A stretch of 64,000 bases of DNA. Source: Octopus sinensis. Its lineage: Eukaryota. The stretch covers positions 65,038,001 to 65,102,000 of the forward strand of contig NC_043007.1 of the NCBI RefSeq assembly GCF_006345805.1, given 5' to 3'. The notes under the pieces were generated by a model. That model searched no databases. It had not been told where the DNA came from and saw only the letters and a program-made list of their open reading frames with translations. This document shows, in pieces, positions 38,922 through 50,679 of the stretch; within the stretch, counting starts at the first letter, position 1, and each line of letters starts with the position of its first letter. The translations under genes and the position numbers were made by a program.

Positions 38922-39945
38922 ATTAGGTTAAAAGGAAAACGCTGTCCCATTTTGAGTCGATTTGACGTATTTTTTTTCAATACTAACTGTAAAATAAGCG
39001 TTACCTTTTACAGTCTAAAATGTTTCTGTCTTATCGCCGATTACTTTACACTATAGTGGTGACATCCGAATCGATTTTACTATTTTAAAATCAGTTTAGG
39101 TCATAGCCTTATCTGACATCGTATACCGTATGAATTCAAGAAGGGATCTTAGGGAATAGTTGCGCAAGAAATATTCGTTCTATCTATGGACATGAAGCTT
39201 TAAGTATTCGGGCTTACTAAAAATGGTTTGGCCAGTTTCGCTCGTGAAAATTCCCTTGTTCTGAATGACCAAGCATTGTAAATAATGAAATTCTGAAAGC
39301 CGTATTGAGGAAAATCCAGAAAGCAAATTGCACGAGAATTAGTAGAACAGTCAATTCAAGTCACACTTTGAAAATAAAATACTTCATAAACAAGGAAAAG
39401 TGTCTAAATTCGATCTGTGTATCTCGTCATCTGATTGATTCTCAGCTTAACCAAAAATTTACCCTCTGTTCATCTTTGAAATGAAGAGCCTTGTTACCGA
39501 ACATTTCCCTGGTAGCATCATCACAAGTGATAAAAATGTGTGCTCCCTTAATCATGTTCAAGAAAACGACAAATCGCTAGCATCCATTGAAAAAGAAGAA
39601 TCCATTCTCAAGCTAGGACAATATCTCTAAAAAATGTTTTGCTCTACGTGTGGTTGGATATGAATGGTGTGATCTATCGTGAAGTGTGAAACTAAAAGAA
39701 AACAGTTAATGCAGAAAAGAGATATCAAGTGCAAGCATTGCACACAAATTTGCCAGAGTTCACCCAATATCGGTCCATCGTAAAGGAGTGTTACTATTAC
39801 AGGATTGCGCAATACAACATATTGGCAAAGCCTCCCACGAAAAGATTAAGGCACTAAATACGGAAGTTTTGTTTCATCCTCCATACTCTCCTGGTCTTGG
39901 TCCATCAGACAAATCATCTTTCCATACCATTCAGTCTCACTGCTG
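38922..39945 (+). mobile_element. Decayed mariner (DD34D) transposon
   Basis: TA|TTAGGTT TIR start; YEFKKG, IITSDK, VLL.VWLDMNGVIY.E, RKGVLLLQD.A..H, EVLFHPPYSP.L.PSD. Confidence 0.8.
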
Positions 39946-40281
39946 GTATTTCGTTAGGCTGTAGCAAATATATGAGACTAATGTTTTAATAATTTAGACA
40001 CTATATTCGCAACATATACTATGTAATGAAAATGTTGACATTTATTCTTTGCTTACTCTTTTGCTCATGAACATACAAATAAATGACGCATGTATACACA
40101 TAAATAGGCACACTCATACTCAAACTCTGCTGACAAGGGATCACATACACACGCACACACACTCAGACACACAGACGAACATATGCACACATACAAACAT
40201 ACATCCATACATATATACGTATATATACATGCATACATACATACAAACACACACATATATATATGTATATATATTTGTATG

Positions 40282-40372
<91 letters not shown>

Positions 40373-40919
40373 GTAATAACCTGCTTGTTCGTTCGCCCGT
40401 TATATTATAGTTAGAGAAATAGAGTGAATGGGAGGTGGAGTAAAAGAGTGCGTGTGTGTGAAAGAGAGAGAAAGAGATAAATGTTAAATATATGAACACG
40501 GAAATTACATGGTTAAAAAGTTTGTTGAAGATGTAGAGAGAAACAAAGAAATATAAAGTATTTAGTAGAGGGAAATTTTAAAATATAATATATTATTATG
40601 ACCAGGAGTGAAAAACTTAGCAAAATAAAAATGCAAATCCTCCTTCCTCTCTTTTGGATTTGAAAAGTTATAATGTATAAGGATAGAACGGGTATCTTCT
40701 GTGTTGCGTAAATATGCATTAATTTTAGCGCCCTTACTGAAGAAGCAAGGATGGCAAATTAATTTATTTGCACGTTAATGCAGAAACTCGAGTATAAGGA
40801 TAACTATTGAAATGTTTTTATTTTTCATTCTCTTTGAAATTACTCTTATTCGTGGTTTGAGCTTTAACTGCCCTTTCACCTCTTCTATATATAAAATTGT
40901 ACACTAATTTATATATATA

Positions 40920-41349
40920 TATATTATATAGAGGGTACTATTATTCATAGGTACCGCACGCTAGGAGGGACTTTTGCAGTCAAAACTACTAAAATAAACA
41001 AATTGTACCGAATGCAAAACTTCAAAGCAAGTCATTTAAAAACAGAATTTAGTTACATATCACCTGTGATTTCGCAATCAATGCAGAATATGCATTCTAT
41101 GCGCTTCAGTGCAACGAACTCAAGACATGTTTTTTCTTATATATCTTGAGTTCGTTGCACTGAAGAGCATAGAATGCATATTCTGCATTGATTGCGAAAT
41201 CACAGGTGATATGTAACTAAATTCTGTTTTTAAATAACTTGCTTTGAAGTTTTGCATTCGGTACAATTTGTTTATTTTAGTAGTTTTGACTGCAAAAGTC
41301 CCTCCTAGCGTGCGGTACCTATGAATAATAGTACCCTCTATATAATATA
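40920..41349. mobile_element. About 430-bp near-perfect palindrome (206-bp arms, 18-nt loop) carrying inverted hammerheads
   Basis: Left arm 40920-41125 and right arm 41144-41349 are reverse complements with about 2 mismatches; flanks are TA-rich. Confidence 0.85.
41154..41217 (+). ncRNA. Type I hammerhead ribozyme with intact core
   Basis: GTTGCA-CTGAAGA-GCA(...AGAAT gcat ATTCT...)TGC-GAAA-TCAC(ag)GTGA-TA-TGTAAC. All three stems pair, the triplet is AUA, and cleavage is predicted after 41211. Confidence 0.8.
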
Positions 41350-41450
41350 AATAAATATTTTCAAAGTGGAAAAATTTACAGATTTTTTCTCTTACGTGGT
41401 TTTTCACGCTAACTACTGATAATTTCTTATAAAGATTTTATTCTTAATTT

Positions 41451-41502
<52 letters not shown>

Positions 41503-42589
41503 CACACCGTCTTCGTCTTTTTTTCTAAATTCTAACTATATAAATATATATATATATTGTATCGGAGTAGAGAGCAGAACTGCTACTTTTATTTTGGCTC
41601 ACCTCACTAAAGGGCTTGTAATACGCATGGCCTCAGAGATAACTGTTGTAAGGATGAGCAGGACTGCTTTCGGATCCCCGCAGATGGATTTTGAAATTCA
41701 AAGGTGCATTATTTCGTGTGTTTTTTCCCTCTCCTTTTTGGGATATTCTCGTCAGATATTCGTGTGTCTTGAATGAAGCTATTGGTTTTACCTACTTTTA
41801 TCTTTCTGGCAAATACGTGTAAGTCTGAGTATGATAAACTACATAGCGTCATGTTCGACTCATTCGATGATTTATCTTTTCTCTATTGATCATTATGGCA
41901 CTTGTTTATATCGTAGCTCTCCGGGTTTTTAGAATCTGACATCTACCAATAAGAAAAAAAAATGGTTGGGTGCGGTCCATGATGAAAAGTCGATTGTTTG
42001 TTTCCTGTTTTTAATGATTCTTGTTCTTAATGATTCAACACATAATAATATATTATATTTGGTCATTACCATAATCAGAATTTATCATTGCATAGTCATC
42101 GTGTTCAAAATATGTCTGGAGAAATCTACATTTCTAGTTTCTTTGTATTCAATTGTCATCGTCCAACCGGCATTCCAGTTTTGGCTTCTCTTAATTTTCT
42201 TATAAATTTTATACAAATCTACTTTAATCAATATATTCATTTATTTTTCAGAGAGTAGGTTGAAATTTGAAGGGAATTTGGCTGATATTTTGAGTTGATC
42301 GAAGTCTCACGTAGAAATTCATTCGTCGTCTACAGTGAAAAGATGGCACATGGGATGAGTGTTGCCGTTTGTTTAACTACTGTATGTCATAGATCAGTCC
42401 AATTAAACCTGACCTGGGGCTACACAAGTATATCAACACATTAAAATTGATAAAATATTTATACTCATCTGCCTCATCAAAAAGGCTCTTTTTGTTATTA
42501 AGAATGCTCGGATAATTCTATGAACAGGCTTTTTATATAGCATAAGTTTACCTTTATGGACAGGATAGACCTTCATCAATTTTATTAAT

Positions 42590-42985
42590 TAAAAACTGTT
42601 TCAATTTTTGGCACAAAGCCAGGAATTTCGATGGAGAAGGTAAGTCGATTACATCAACCTCATTGATCAACTGGTATTTATTTTATCGACCCTGAAAATA
42701 TAAAAGGCAAAGTCGACTTCGTCCGAATTTGAACTCAGAAAGTAAAGACGGACATTATCCCTATTTCTGTACTACCCACAAGGGGCTAAACACAGAGAGG
42801 ACAGACAAATGAATTAAGTCGATTATATCGAACCCAGTGCGTAACTGGTACTTATTTAACGGACTCCGAATGGATGAAAGCCAAAGTCGACCTCGGCTGA
42901 ATTTGAACTCAGAACGTAGCAGCAGATGAAATACTGCAGAGCATTTCGCCCGGCGTGCTAACGTTTCTGCCAGCTCGCCGCCTCT
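42590..42985 (-). mobile_element. Two tandem SINE family A copies
   Basis: Reverse complements of GGCGGCGAGCTGGCAGAAACGTTAGCACGCCGGGCGAAATGC...GAGTTCAAATT...TTTGCCTTT. Confidence 0.85.
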
Positions 42986-43024
42986 TATTTTATTAATTAA
43001 TGATAATTTTAAGACATTCGCGGG

Positions 43025-43066
<42 letters not shown>

Positions 43067-45536
43067 ATCGTACCGCAAACGTTACTCCTTAAAACGTCAC
43101 TAGCAATTATTTAAAATTTAATCTGTCTTGTAAGAAGTCGTTATAATGCTGCAAGTAGGAGTTTGAACTAGCTCCATATCAGAACAACTTTTTCATAACA
43201 AAATTTAGCACTTATGGTTAAATTGAAATCATTTTGACCAAGTTTAAAAAATTTTTTCGCTGTATTCATTCTATTGTAACAACTGAACTGAAGAATGCTT
43301 CTATTATCTATTATAATTTATTTATAGGAAATATGAAAATTATCGCCTTAGCAATCTATAACCAGCTGCATGGCTTGTAGTCAATCTGGAGAACTACTGC
43401 ATTCGTTCTGATGTCGTCATTACAGTTCTGTTGGTAAAATTACTAACAAAGTGGTATTTGTGCTTCAGTATAAAGGATTTAATACCAGTCCACCGAAGAA
43501 AATTAAATACCATATTCTTTTGTTCATTTACTAGTTTCATTCATTCAATTGCAGTCATGTTAGCGCACGACCTTCAAGGGACATAGTCGATCCTTTTGGA
43601 CCAGTAGTTATGCCAGTCTGATAAATATTTTATCAATCTATTTATCGAAATGTAAAGAATCGTTAAAGGGAATCAACGCAGAGATACACATTTAATGACT
43701 CCGAGTAAGCTATAAGATGGCACTCAACTCCGGGTGCCCGTTCCATGCAACTGAAGCAGCTAATAGTTAATGAAAGTGATATCGTAACTCCTGTACTTTT
43801 ATTAACATGTATGTGTGTCTGTGTTGTGTGTGTGATGCATATACATACATAATATATATATGTATGTGTGCGTCTGTGGATATATATGTATTGTTACATA
43901 CATATGTATATATATATATATATATATTATTATATATTATATATATATATATAATATTACGTACACACACGCGCACATACACATACATACATATATGCAT
44001 ATATATATATATATATATATATATACTAGTGGAATTACTTGGTAATACCCGGAAAAGCGGGGATTATTTCCAGTTCCATTACACTGTTTCATGTCTTAAT
44101 CTGTTGCCTGTTCAATTCCCGTTTAAATAAGAAATAGATTTACAAATACACGGTGTTGTGGTACAGATTTACAAAATACTGGCAAGTATTACAGTTGAAT
44201 TATAAAATCGATTGATTGCAATGGTAAGGTAATATCAAAATTGAATTGGTGGATGGTTGGAAGGATGAGCGGATTGACGATGTGTGACTCTGAAACAACT
44301 GAATTTTGGTTAATTATTATTAATTTTGAGGATCTTCTCTGTTGGTATCACTTTGTGAAATGTTAAAATTACGTCAAAATTTTCAAATTTTGTATATTTT
44401 AATAATTATCCACGTTAAGTCCTATTTTGTTATTTAATTGTTCCGGGAAAATTTCAGTAAAATGTTACTGGGATTTAAAGTTTAATCAATTTTACCTAAT
44501 CAGAGAACAGGATTTGGAAGCTGGCATTTTCTGCTTGATAGCGGTCTATCACAAAATGATAGCATAATTATTAGGAGAAGGAATTATTATTAAACAAACG
44601 AAAGCAAAGCATTACGACGACCAAAGTTATAAGATCTTCTAAAGCTTTAATAAGTTTTAATGAATAAAGCCCTGTGAAATGGTCGAACAAACATGTATAT
44701 AAATGAAAAACGAAATAGGTCGTCAAGGAAAGTTTTTTGCGGAAAAATTGCACAAATCTGTCCGTTAGGACAGAGGCCTATCTGTCGGGGAAGGCATGGT
44801 CTGACATGGTAAAAACGAAAAATATATGACATTCTATTGTAAAAATTGCCCGACAACGACGGGTTGTTCATCTATGGAAGAAAATGAAAGGCATAATCTA
44901 GAGTTTATTGTTTCAGTACTTTGGTAAAGCTTTAATAAATCTTAATATGGTGATTTGAAAACAAACACAAAAACACTTTATCTTTCGCTTCTTAGTTTTA
45001 CACGTGTTGTTGGACATATCGTAAAAGTTTTGACTGAGCACACAATAGTTGATTCACTAAAGCGTATGCGTTAAATGATAGGTAAAAATTAAAGAATAAA
45101 TTATTAAAATTAGCTGTTCCCTTAAGTAAGCACATTCTCTCTCTTCCGCTCTCTCCCTGTCTCTCGTTCTCTCTCTCTCTCTCTCCACACACATTTCCTG
45201 TTTTTCTGTCTCTTCCTGTTTTCTCCCCTTCTCTGATATTAGCTACCCTCATTATGCCACCACATTTACCACAAACTAACAATCTTTGCACCCTTCTTAT
45301 TTTATTACATAAGAGTCTAACCCATGTAGGGAGCCTATTATTGACTTTTATTGAAATCCAATCAGTCTATAAATGAACTGAATGTTCAAACTGAGTGTAA
45401 CGTGTATGCAAATTTCGTGAAGATTGGTTCGCTGCTAGGGGCAGCAAGATGGTAACAGGCAGGACAGATAGAAATTACTATTTCAAAATAAGATATATAC
45501 ATGTATATGTAATATGTGAGTGTATATATAATACAA

Positions 45537-45581
<45 letters not shown>

Positions 45582-45822
45582 TACATACGTTGACGCCCAC
45601 AATCACATACGTACGGTTTCAACAACGCTCCTGGTTATAAAATTCCACCATATAAAATAACTAGACCATTAAATCCATCCTAAGCTATCCACTGAACGTT
45701 GCAAATAACCGTTCCAAAGTAAACATCGATTTCTAATACGATACTTTATATATATTTGTCCATGTGACAGATTAATGATAATAAAGATACCGAAATCGCG
45801 TATGATTAAAGGGAATATAGCT

Positions 45823-45859
45823 GTTTCTATGGAAAGAACCGATGCCATGGCAACACGTG
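45823..45859. promoter_or_regulatory. Two adjacent RFX X-box-like motifs plus an E-box
   Basis: GTTTCTATGGAAAG (45823-45836) and GATGCCATGGCAAC (45841-45854) each match GTNNYYATRRNAAC at 13 of 14 positions; CACGTG lies at 45854-45859. Non-repetitive context. Confidence 0.3.
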
Positions 45860-46259
45860 ATTTTACAGAGTCATGTAAATGTAAAACTATAAATAGTAGA
45901 AACAAAATTTGAAAATGCAGATTTTAATGCAATAATGAAAATTTAACAATTAATTAAAAAATTATACATACATATATATACATATCGTGCATATAAATCT
46001 TCAATCCCTGAAATATATAGTGGTAACATTTGATAATTTCCTTCCCCAGTAACAAGATATAATATAAATATAGATACATATATTTGTGTGTGTCTACACA
46101 CAACACACACACATACAGATATAAATATATATATATTATATATATATATTATATATATATATATTATATATGTATATATATATATATATATGTATGTTTG
46201 TTTGTATGTTTGTATGCAAAAAACACACACATGCGTATGTCTGTGTGTGTGAGTACACA

Positions 46260-46313
<54 letters not shown>

Positions 46314-46647
46314 AACGCACGCTCACAAAATTTCCAGGATTCGAGAGATCAAGGTATTTAAATAGTGAAAGCACCAAGCGCAACTGTGTACAGGCCATAT
46401 ATCACTACAAATACGTACTCACTTAAGTAAATACTGATGTTTTCTCCAGTTATTCACATTTGACTAACTGGTATAAATATATATATATATAATATATAAA
46501 TTTATGTGGATAGAAAGATGAATAACTGGTAGTAGATTAATCAAAGTTTAACCGATACCTTAGTAGCAAAATCGCAGAGTAAACAGCACGGTTGGAGGTA
46601 CAACCATCTGGGCGTTGCAACCTTGCGTTGGTGCGGATAATTGAAAT

Positions 46648-46910
46648 TAAAACATTATTGGTGAATTGAAGAAATGGAGCTGAACGAGATTGAACGAAAT
46701 CTTTATTTCATTCTACACGTGTTTCGAAAGGCACAAAATACCAAATCCGATTCCTTTTTTCTTCCTGATGAGAAAGACACAATATGGTCCCCATTATTCA
46801 ATCGGATTTTGGTAATTTGTGCCTTTCGAAACACGTGTAGAATGAAATAAAACGATTTCTGTTCAATCTGCGTTTCAGCTCCATTTCTTCAATTCACCAA
46901 TAATGTTTTA
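46648..46910. mobile_element. Foldback (about 105-bp arms, 50-nt loop) containing one complete hammerhead
   Basis: AAAACATTATTGGTGAATTG...ATCCGAT is the reverse complement of ATCGGAT...CAATTCACCAATAATGTTTT, followed by (TA)n. Confidence 0.8.
46757..46847 (+). ncRNA. Type I hammerhead ribozyme with intact core
   Basis: TTTCTTC-CTGATGA-GAAAGACACAA(...)TTGTGCCTTTC-GAAA-CACGTG-TA-GAATGAAA: 11-bp stem II with one mismatch, palindromic stem III, GUA triplet. Confidence 0.8.
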
Positions 46911-47169
46911 TATATATATATATATTTATGATTCTAATCCAGAAACGTACGTCCATAATTAACCGTAGACTGCTTGATTTCGTTATTTTTCTTCTTTTTT
47001 GGCCATATGTGAGTTACAAATATTGTTGTCTGTGGAGACATATTTTTGTAGTAAAAGGAAATAGTAGTCCTTTGGGTGCTATTTCTAAAATTTTCGGTAT
47101 ATAGTTAAGCAACTTGTTGCAAAAAAAACCCTTATTGTTAATATATATAATATATATATATATATATAT

Positions 47170-47200
<31 letters not shown>

Positions 47201-47202
<2 letters not shown>

Positions 47203-47392
47203 ACGGGAAGCTTTATGAAAATAAACAAAAGACGAAGGCAGGTGGAAAACAAACGAACAATTGTATTAGTATGGCGCTCAGGAAATATAAATAAAACAAG
47301 TCTTTAACGTTTCGAGCCTACGCTCTTCAACAGAAAGATACACAGAGAGAAAAAAACACAGAAAGAAGGAGAGAAAAAAAATATATATGTTT
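47201..47392 (-). mobile_element. Family H element with minimal hammerhead
   Basis: Minus strand 47338-47301: TCTTT-CTGTTGA-A-GAGC(gtag)GCTC-GAAA-CG-TT-AAAGA; TA runs on both flanks. Confidence 0.7.
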
Positions 47393-48714
47393 GTTCCTGT
47401 GTTCAGTTATAATAACTTTTCTTTACATCAGTCTAATAGGTTACTCTATACTTTCGTATATATATTGACCGTGACTTCGATGTTTCGGTTAGTTAAGCCA
47501 TAGTCGGTTCGTCCGATGATGACTTAGCTGGCCGAAACTTTGAAGTTACTGTCAATGATATCGTTTATATATATATATGTACGTAATATAGAAACCGTAG
47601 ACAAACAAGACACCGTAGTTATCGGCAGAGATAAACGTACCCTGTAAAGCAGACAGACAGACATAGACACAGACACACACACACATACACATACGCGTGC
47701 ACGCGCAAACATACACGCATACACACACACATATACACATACACAAAGTATCACAGGTGATCCAAACGAGTTGGTACGCTGGGTAAATGCTGTAACGGAT
47801 TACTAAGTCTCCAAGGTTGTATCCGAAACGGTAGTTATGGAATCATTGCAGATTTCCGATATGGCGGATATATAATTGTTAAGGAGGACAACAAACGTTA
47901 AGGCAAGGCAAACATCCTAAGTCATATATTATTATTATTGGAAAAAATTCAAAGTCTTACAGCTGTTTCTGGGATACCCCAGAGTATGGGATATTCTGTC
48001 ATCAGAGACAAATAGGGAAAATGAGAAGGGTATAGATTAATGAAATGACGACAAAGGGGACAGGATTAAATGAATAAGATGAAAAGAGAGACGAAAAAAA
48101 AGCATAAAAGTTCACAGTTCAACTTTCCGATGTTGTAGAAATAAGGACTTAGGTGCAATCCTGCTTGAATCCATGTGCGTTAAAGTCCTGATATTGTAAA
48201 CATCTAGCAAAAAGACGCGAACATATCAACGTTCAATAACAGGTACCAGCAGCGGCCATCAAGAACATCGAGTGCATTAGGTCTCCTGAGGCTTGTGAGT
48301 GATGGATACTAGCAGCTTAATCAAAATTTATTGCTTCCAATAAAGGAAACAGTGAGTAATACATTCACGGATATTGCGAATAGCCACCGCACTGCGTAAA
48401 AATCCGATATTTGCAAATGAAAATAGCCATCTACATTTCATGCTTAAGGTGTATACATCTTTGACAAGCAAGATGCTACGGCTTTTGCTCGAAATAAAAT
48501 TTTGCATATACCGATACACGTCATTAACGAGGTCCAAGAAAGCCGAAATTCATCCGGCAGTCTTCCTTAACCACTGTCGGGACGACTTTTTGCAACTCTG
48601 TCATATATATCGCGCTTTTGAATACAGCTTATCTGTAAGAGATTTCATCTCCGACAAAATCTTCGCTACCTGCCTGTCAACAGCATCTATACGTCAAGTA
48701 TGATACATAGATTC

Positions 48715-48971
48715 TTTTCTTCTTTTACTTGATTCACTTATTTGACTGCGGCCATACTGGAGCACCACCTTAAAGAGTTTTTAGTCGAAGAAATCGACCG
48801 CAGGACTTATTGTTTGTTAGTCTGATACATATTCTATCGGCCTCGTTTGGTAACTGTAAGTTACAGGGTCGTAAACACACCAACATCGGTTGTCAAGTGA
48901 TGGTCGGGAGTAAACGCAGACACACGTATGCACAAATACACACATACACATACGCGCACGCACACACACAC

Positions 48972-49014
<43 letters not shown>

Positions 49015-49205
49015 ACACACACACACATATATATATACACAACGGACATCTTTCAATTTCCGTCTACCAAATCCACTTACAAGGCTTCGGTCGTCCCGAG
49101 GCTAAATCAAAAGACAGTTGCCCATGGTGCCACACAGTGGGATTGAACCCGGAACCATGTGGTTGAGAAGCAAGCTTCTTACCGCACAGCCACGCCTGCG
49201 CCTAT
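48715..49205 (-). mobile_element. Full-length SINE family B
   Basis: Head GCAGGCGTGGCTGTGCGGTAAGAAGCTTGCTTCTCAACC, internal (TG)n, and tail GGCCGCAGTCAAAT. Confidence 0.9.
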
Positions 49206-49648
49206 TTTAATACTCCCTTAACTGCACACACCGGACATATATATATATATATTAAAAGTATAGGCCAATCGAATGCATCTGTGAAAATTAATACCATGCA
49301 AACAGAGGAATTTAACTGATTGCATATATATGCAGATATCCACTTGCCTTGGATGGTACTTGCCTTGGATGGTACTTTATTGGCTTTTTGTGAAGTGACA
49401 TATTTTAATATATTGAACTGTTTAATATATATGCCTGCATTGAGGTGAGTGCGTCTGTTGTGGTTTTTGATGTTGGTTGAGGAGCTGTGGCGTTCAATAT
49501 GGAACATTATTGTGTTTGTTGATGCTATTGATTTATATTGTTTATATTGTATATTGTGTATGTATATATATGTAAGAATAGAGTATGTATGCATCATATT
49601 TATATTTATTGTAATTATTTTTAGGGTTTGTACTCATACTTGCATTAG

Positions 49649-49760
49649 AATCTCCGAAGAGGCCGTAAGATATTCTTGTAATGTCTCATTTATACTGCAT
49701 TATATGGCTAACAGGTTAAATGAGACATACCTATCTTCATGGCCGAAACAGCTGTCAGTT
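49649..49760 (+). ncRNA. Hammerhead-like motif with long branched stem II, core mutated (U4C)
   Basis: AATCT-CCGAAGA-GGCCGTAAGATA...(ATGTCTCATTTA/TAAATGAGACAT)...TATCTTCATGGCC-GAAA-CAGCTG-TC-AGTT. Confidence 0.6.
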
Positions 49761-50679
49761 ATAATGTAAATGTATATTTATATTTTTATATCTTGTTACA
49801 TTTATTTAGTTATATCTCACCATATTGATTGTAATTATTGTACTGTATTAATGTCTAATCTCATTGCTATTGTGTAGTGTTTTAATAAAGTATATGATTC
49901 GGTATTATCTGATAGTTGATGATTGATTTAGATATATTTCTCCATTTTCTCATTTTGTATATATATATATATATATATTCTGGTTTTGATTTTATTTGAT
50001 ATATACCCTCTCACCCCTGCCACTATGTGGCGTATACAGGTGCTTACAATTATCAAGTATTCACCCTAAATTTACAGTACCTACTTGACCTACGTTGTCA
50101 ATTGGATTGGATCCTATATATATGTGTGTTTGGTGTGTGTGTGTGTGTGTGTGTGTGCGTATTCATTTCACTTAGGCATTGCGAGACTAATGAGCTGTGG
50201 TAAAACTCTGTGTACGTATGCTTTAGAATGAAGTGTTAGACGAGTACATAGCAGCAATAAGAAAATGAGATGACAATGAAAAAAAAAATGAACTTCCTTA
50301 GCTGAGAGCCGTTTCTGCTATTGGGTGCAGTAGACTCATATTTGACTGCCAGAATAACATCCTATAACTTCATCGAAGCGACGAATATGAAGTGCATTAT
50401 ATTTAGAAAAAAGTATTCCCAGACACAAAGTTAGTACTGATGTATATAAAAAAGCGTATATTTAAAGGTAATTAGATTAAATCTATATTCGAGGCACCGA
50501 TGAAGTCATAGGTTGTTATTCAGCCACTCAACTATGAGTCCACTGCATCTGAAAGCTAATGAAGTTCATAATAAAACCTTTCTTATTCTTTTTTCATCTC
50601 ATTTTCTTATATGTATGTATATGATATATACGTACATACATACATACACACACACATTATATATATATATATATATATA

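Noticed and set aside
41603-41700. In-frame TGA on the minus strand as possible selenocysteine
   Set aside because: There is no selenoprotein motif and no SECIS element was seen.
47505-47545. CCGATGA...GGCC-GAAAC hammerhead-like string
   Set aside because: Stems II and III do not pair and the core is mutated.
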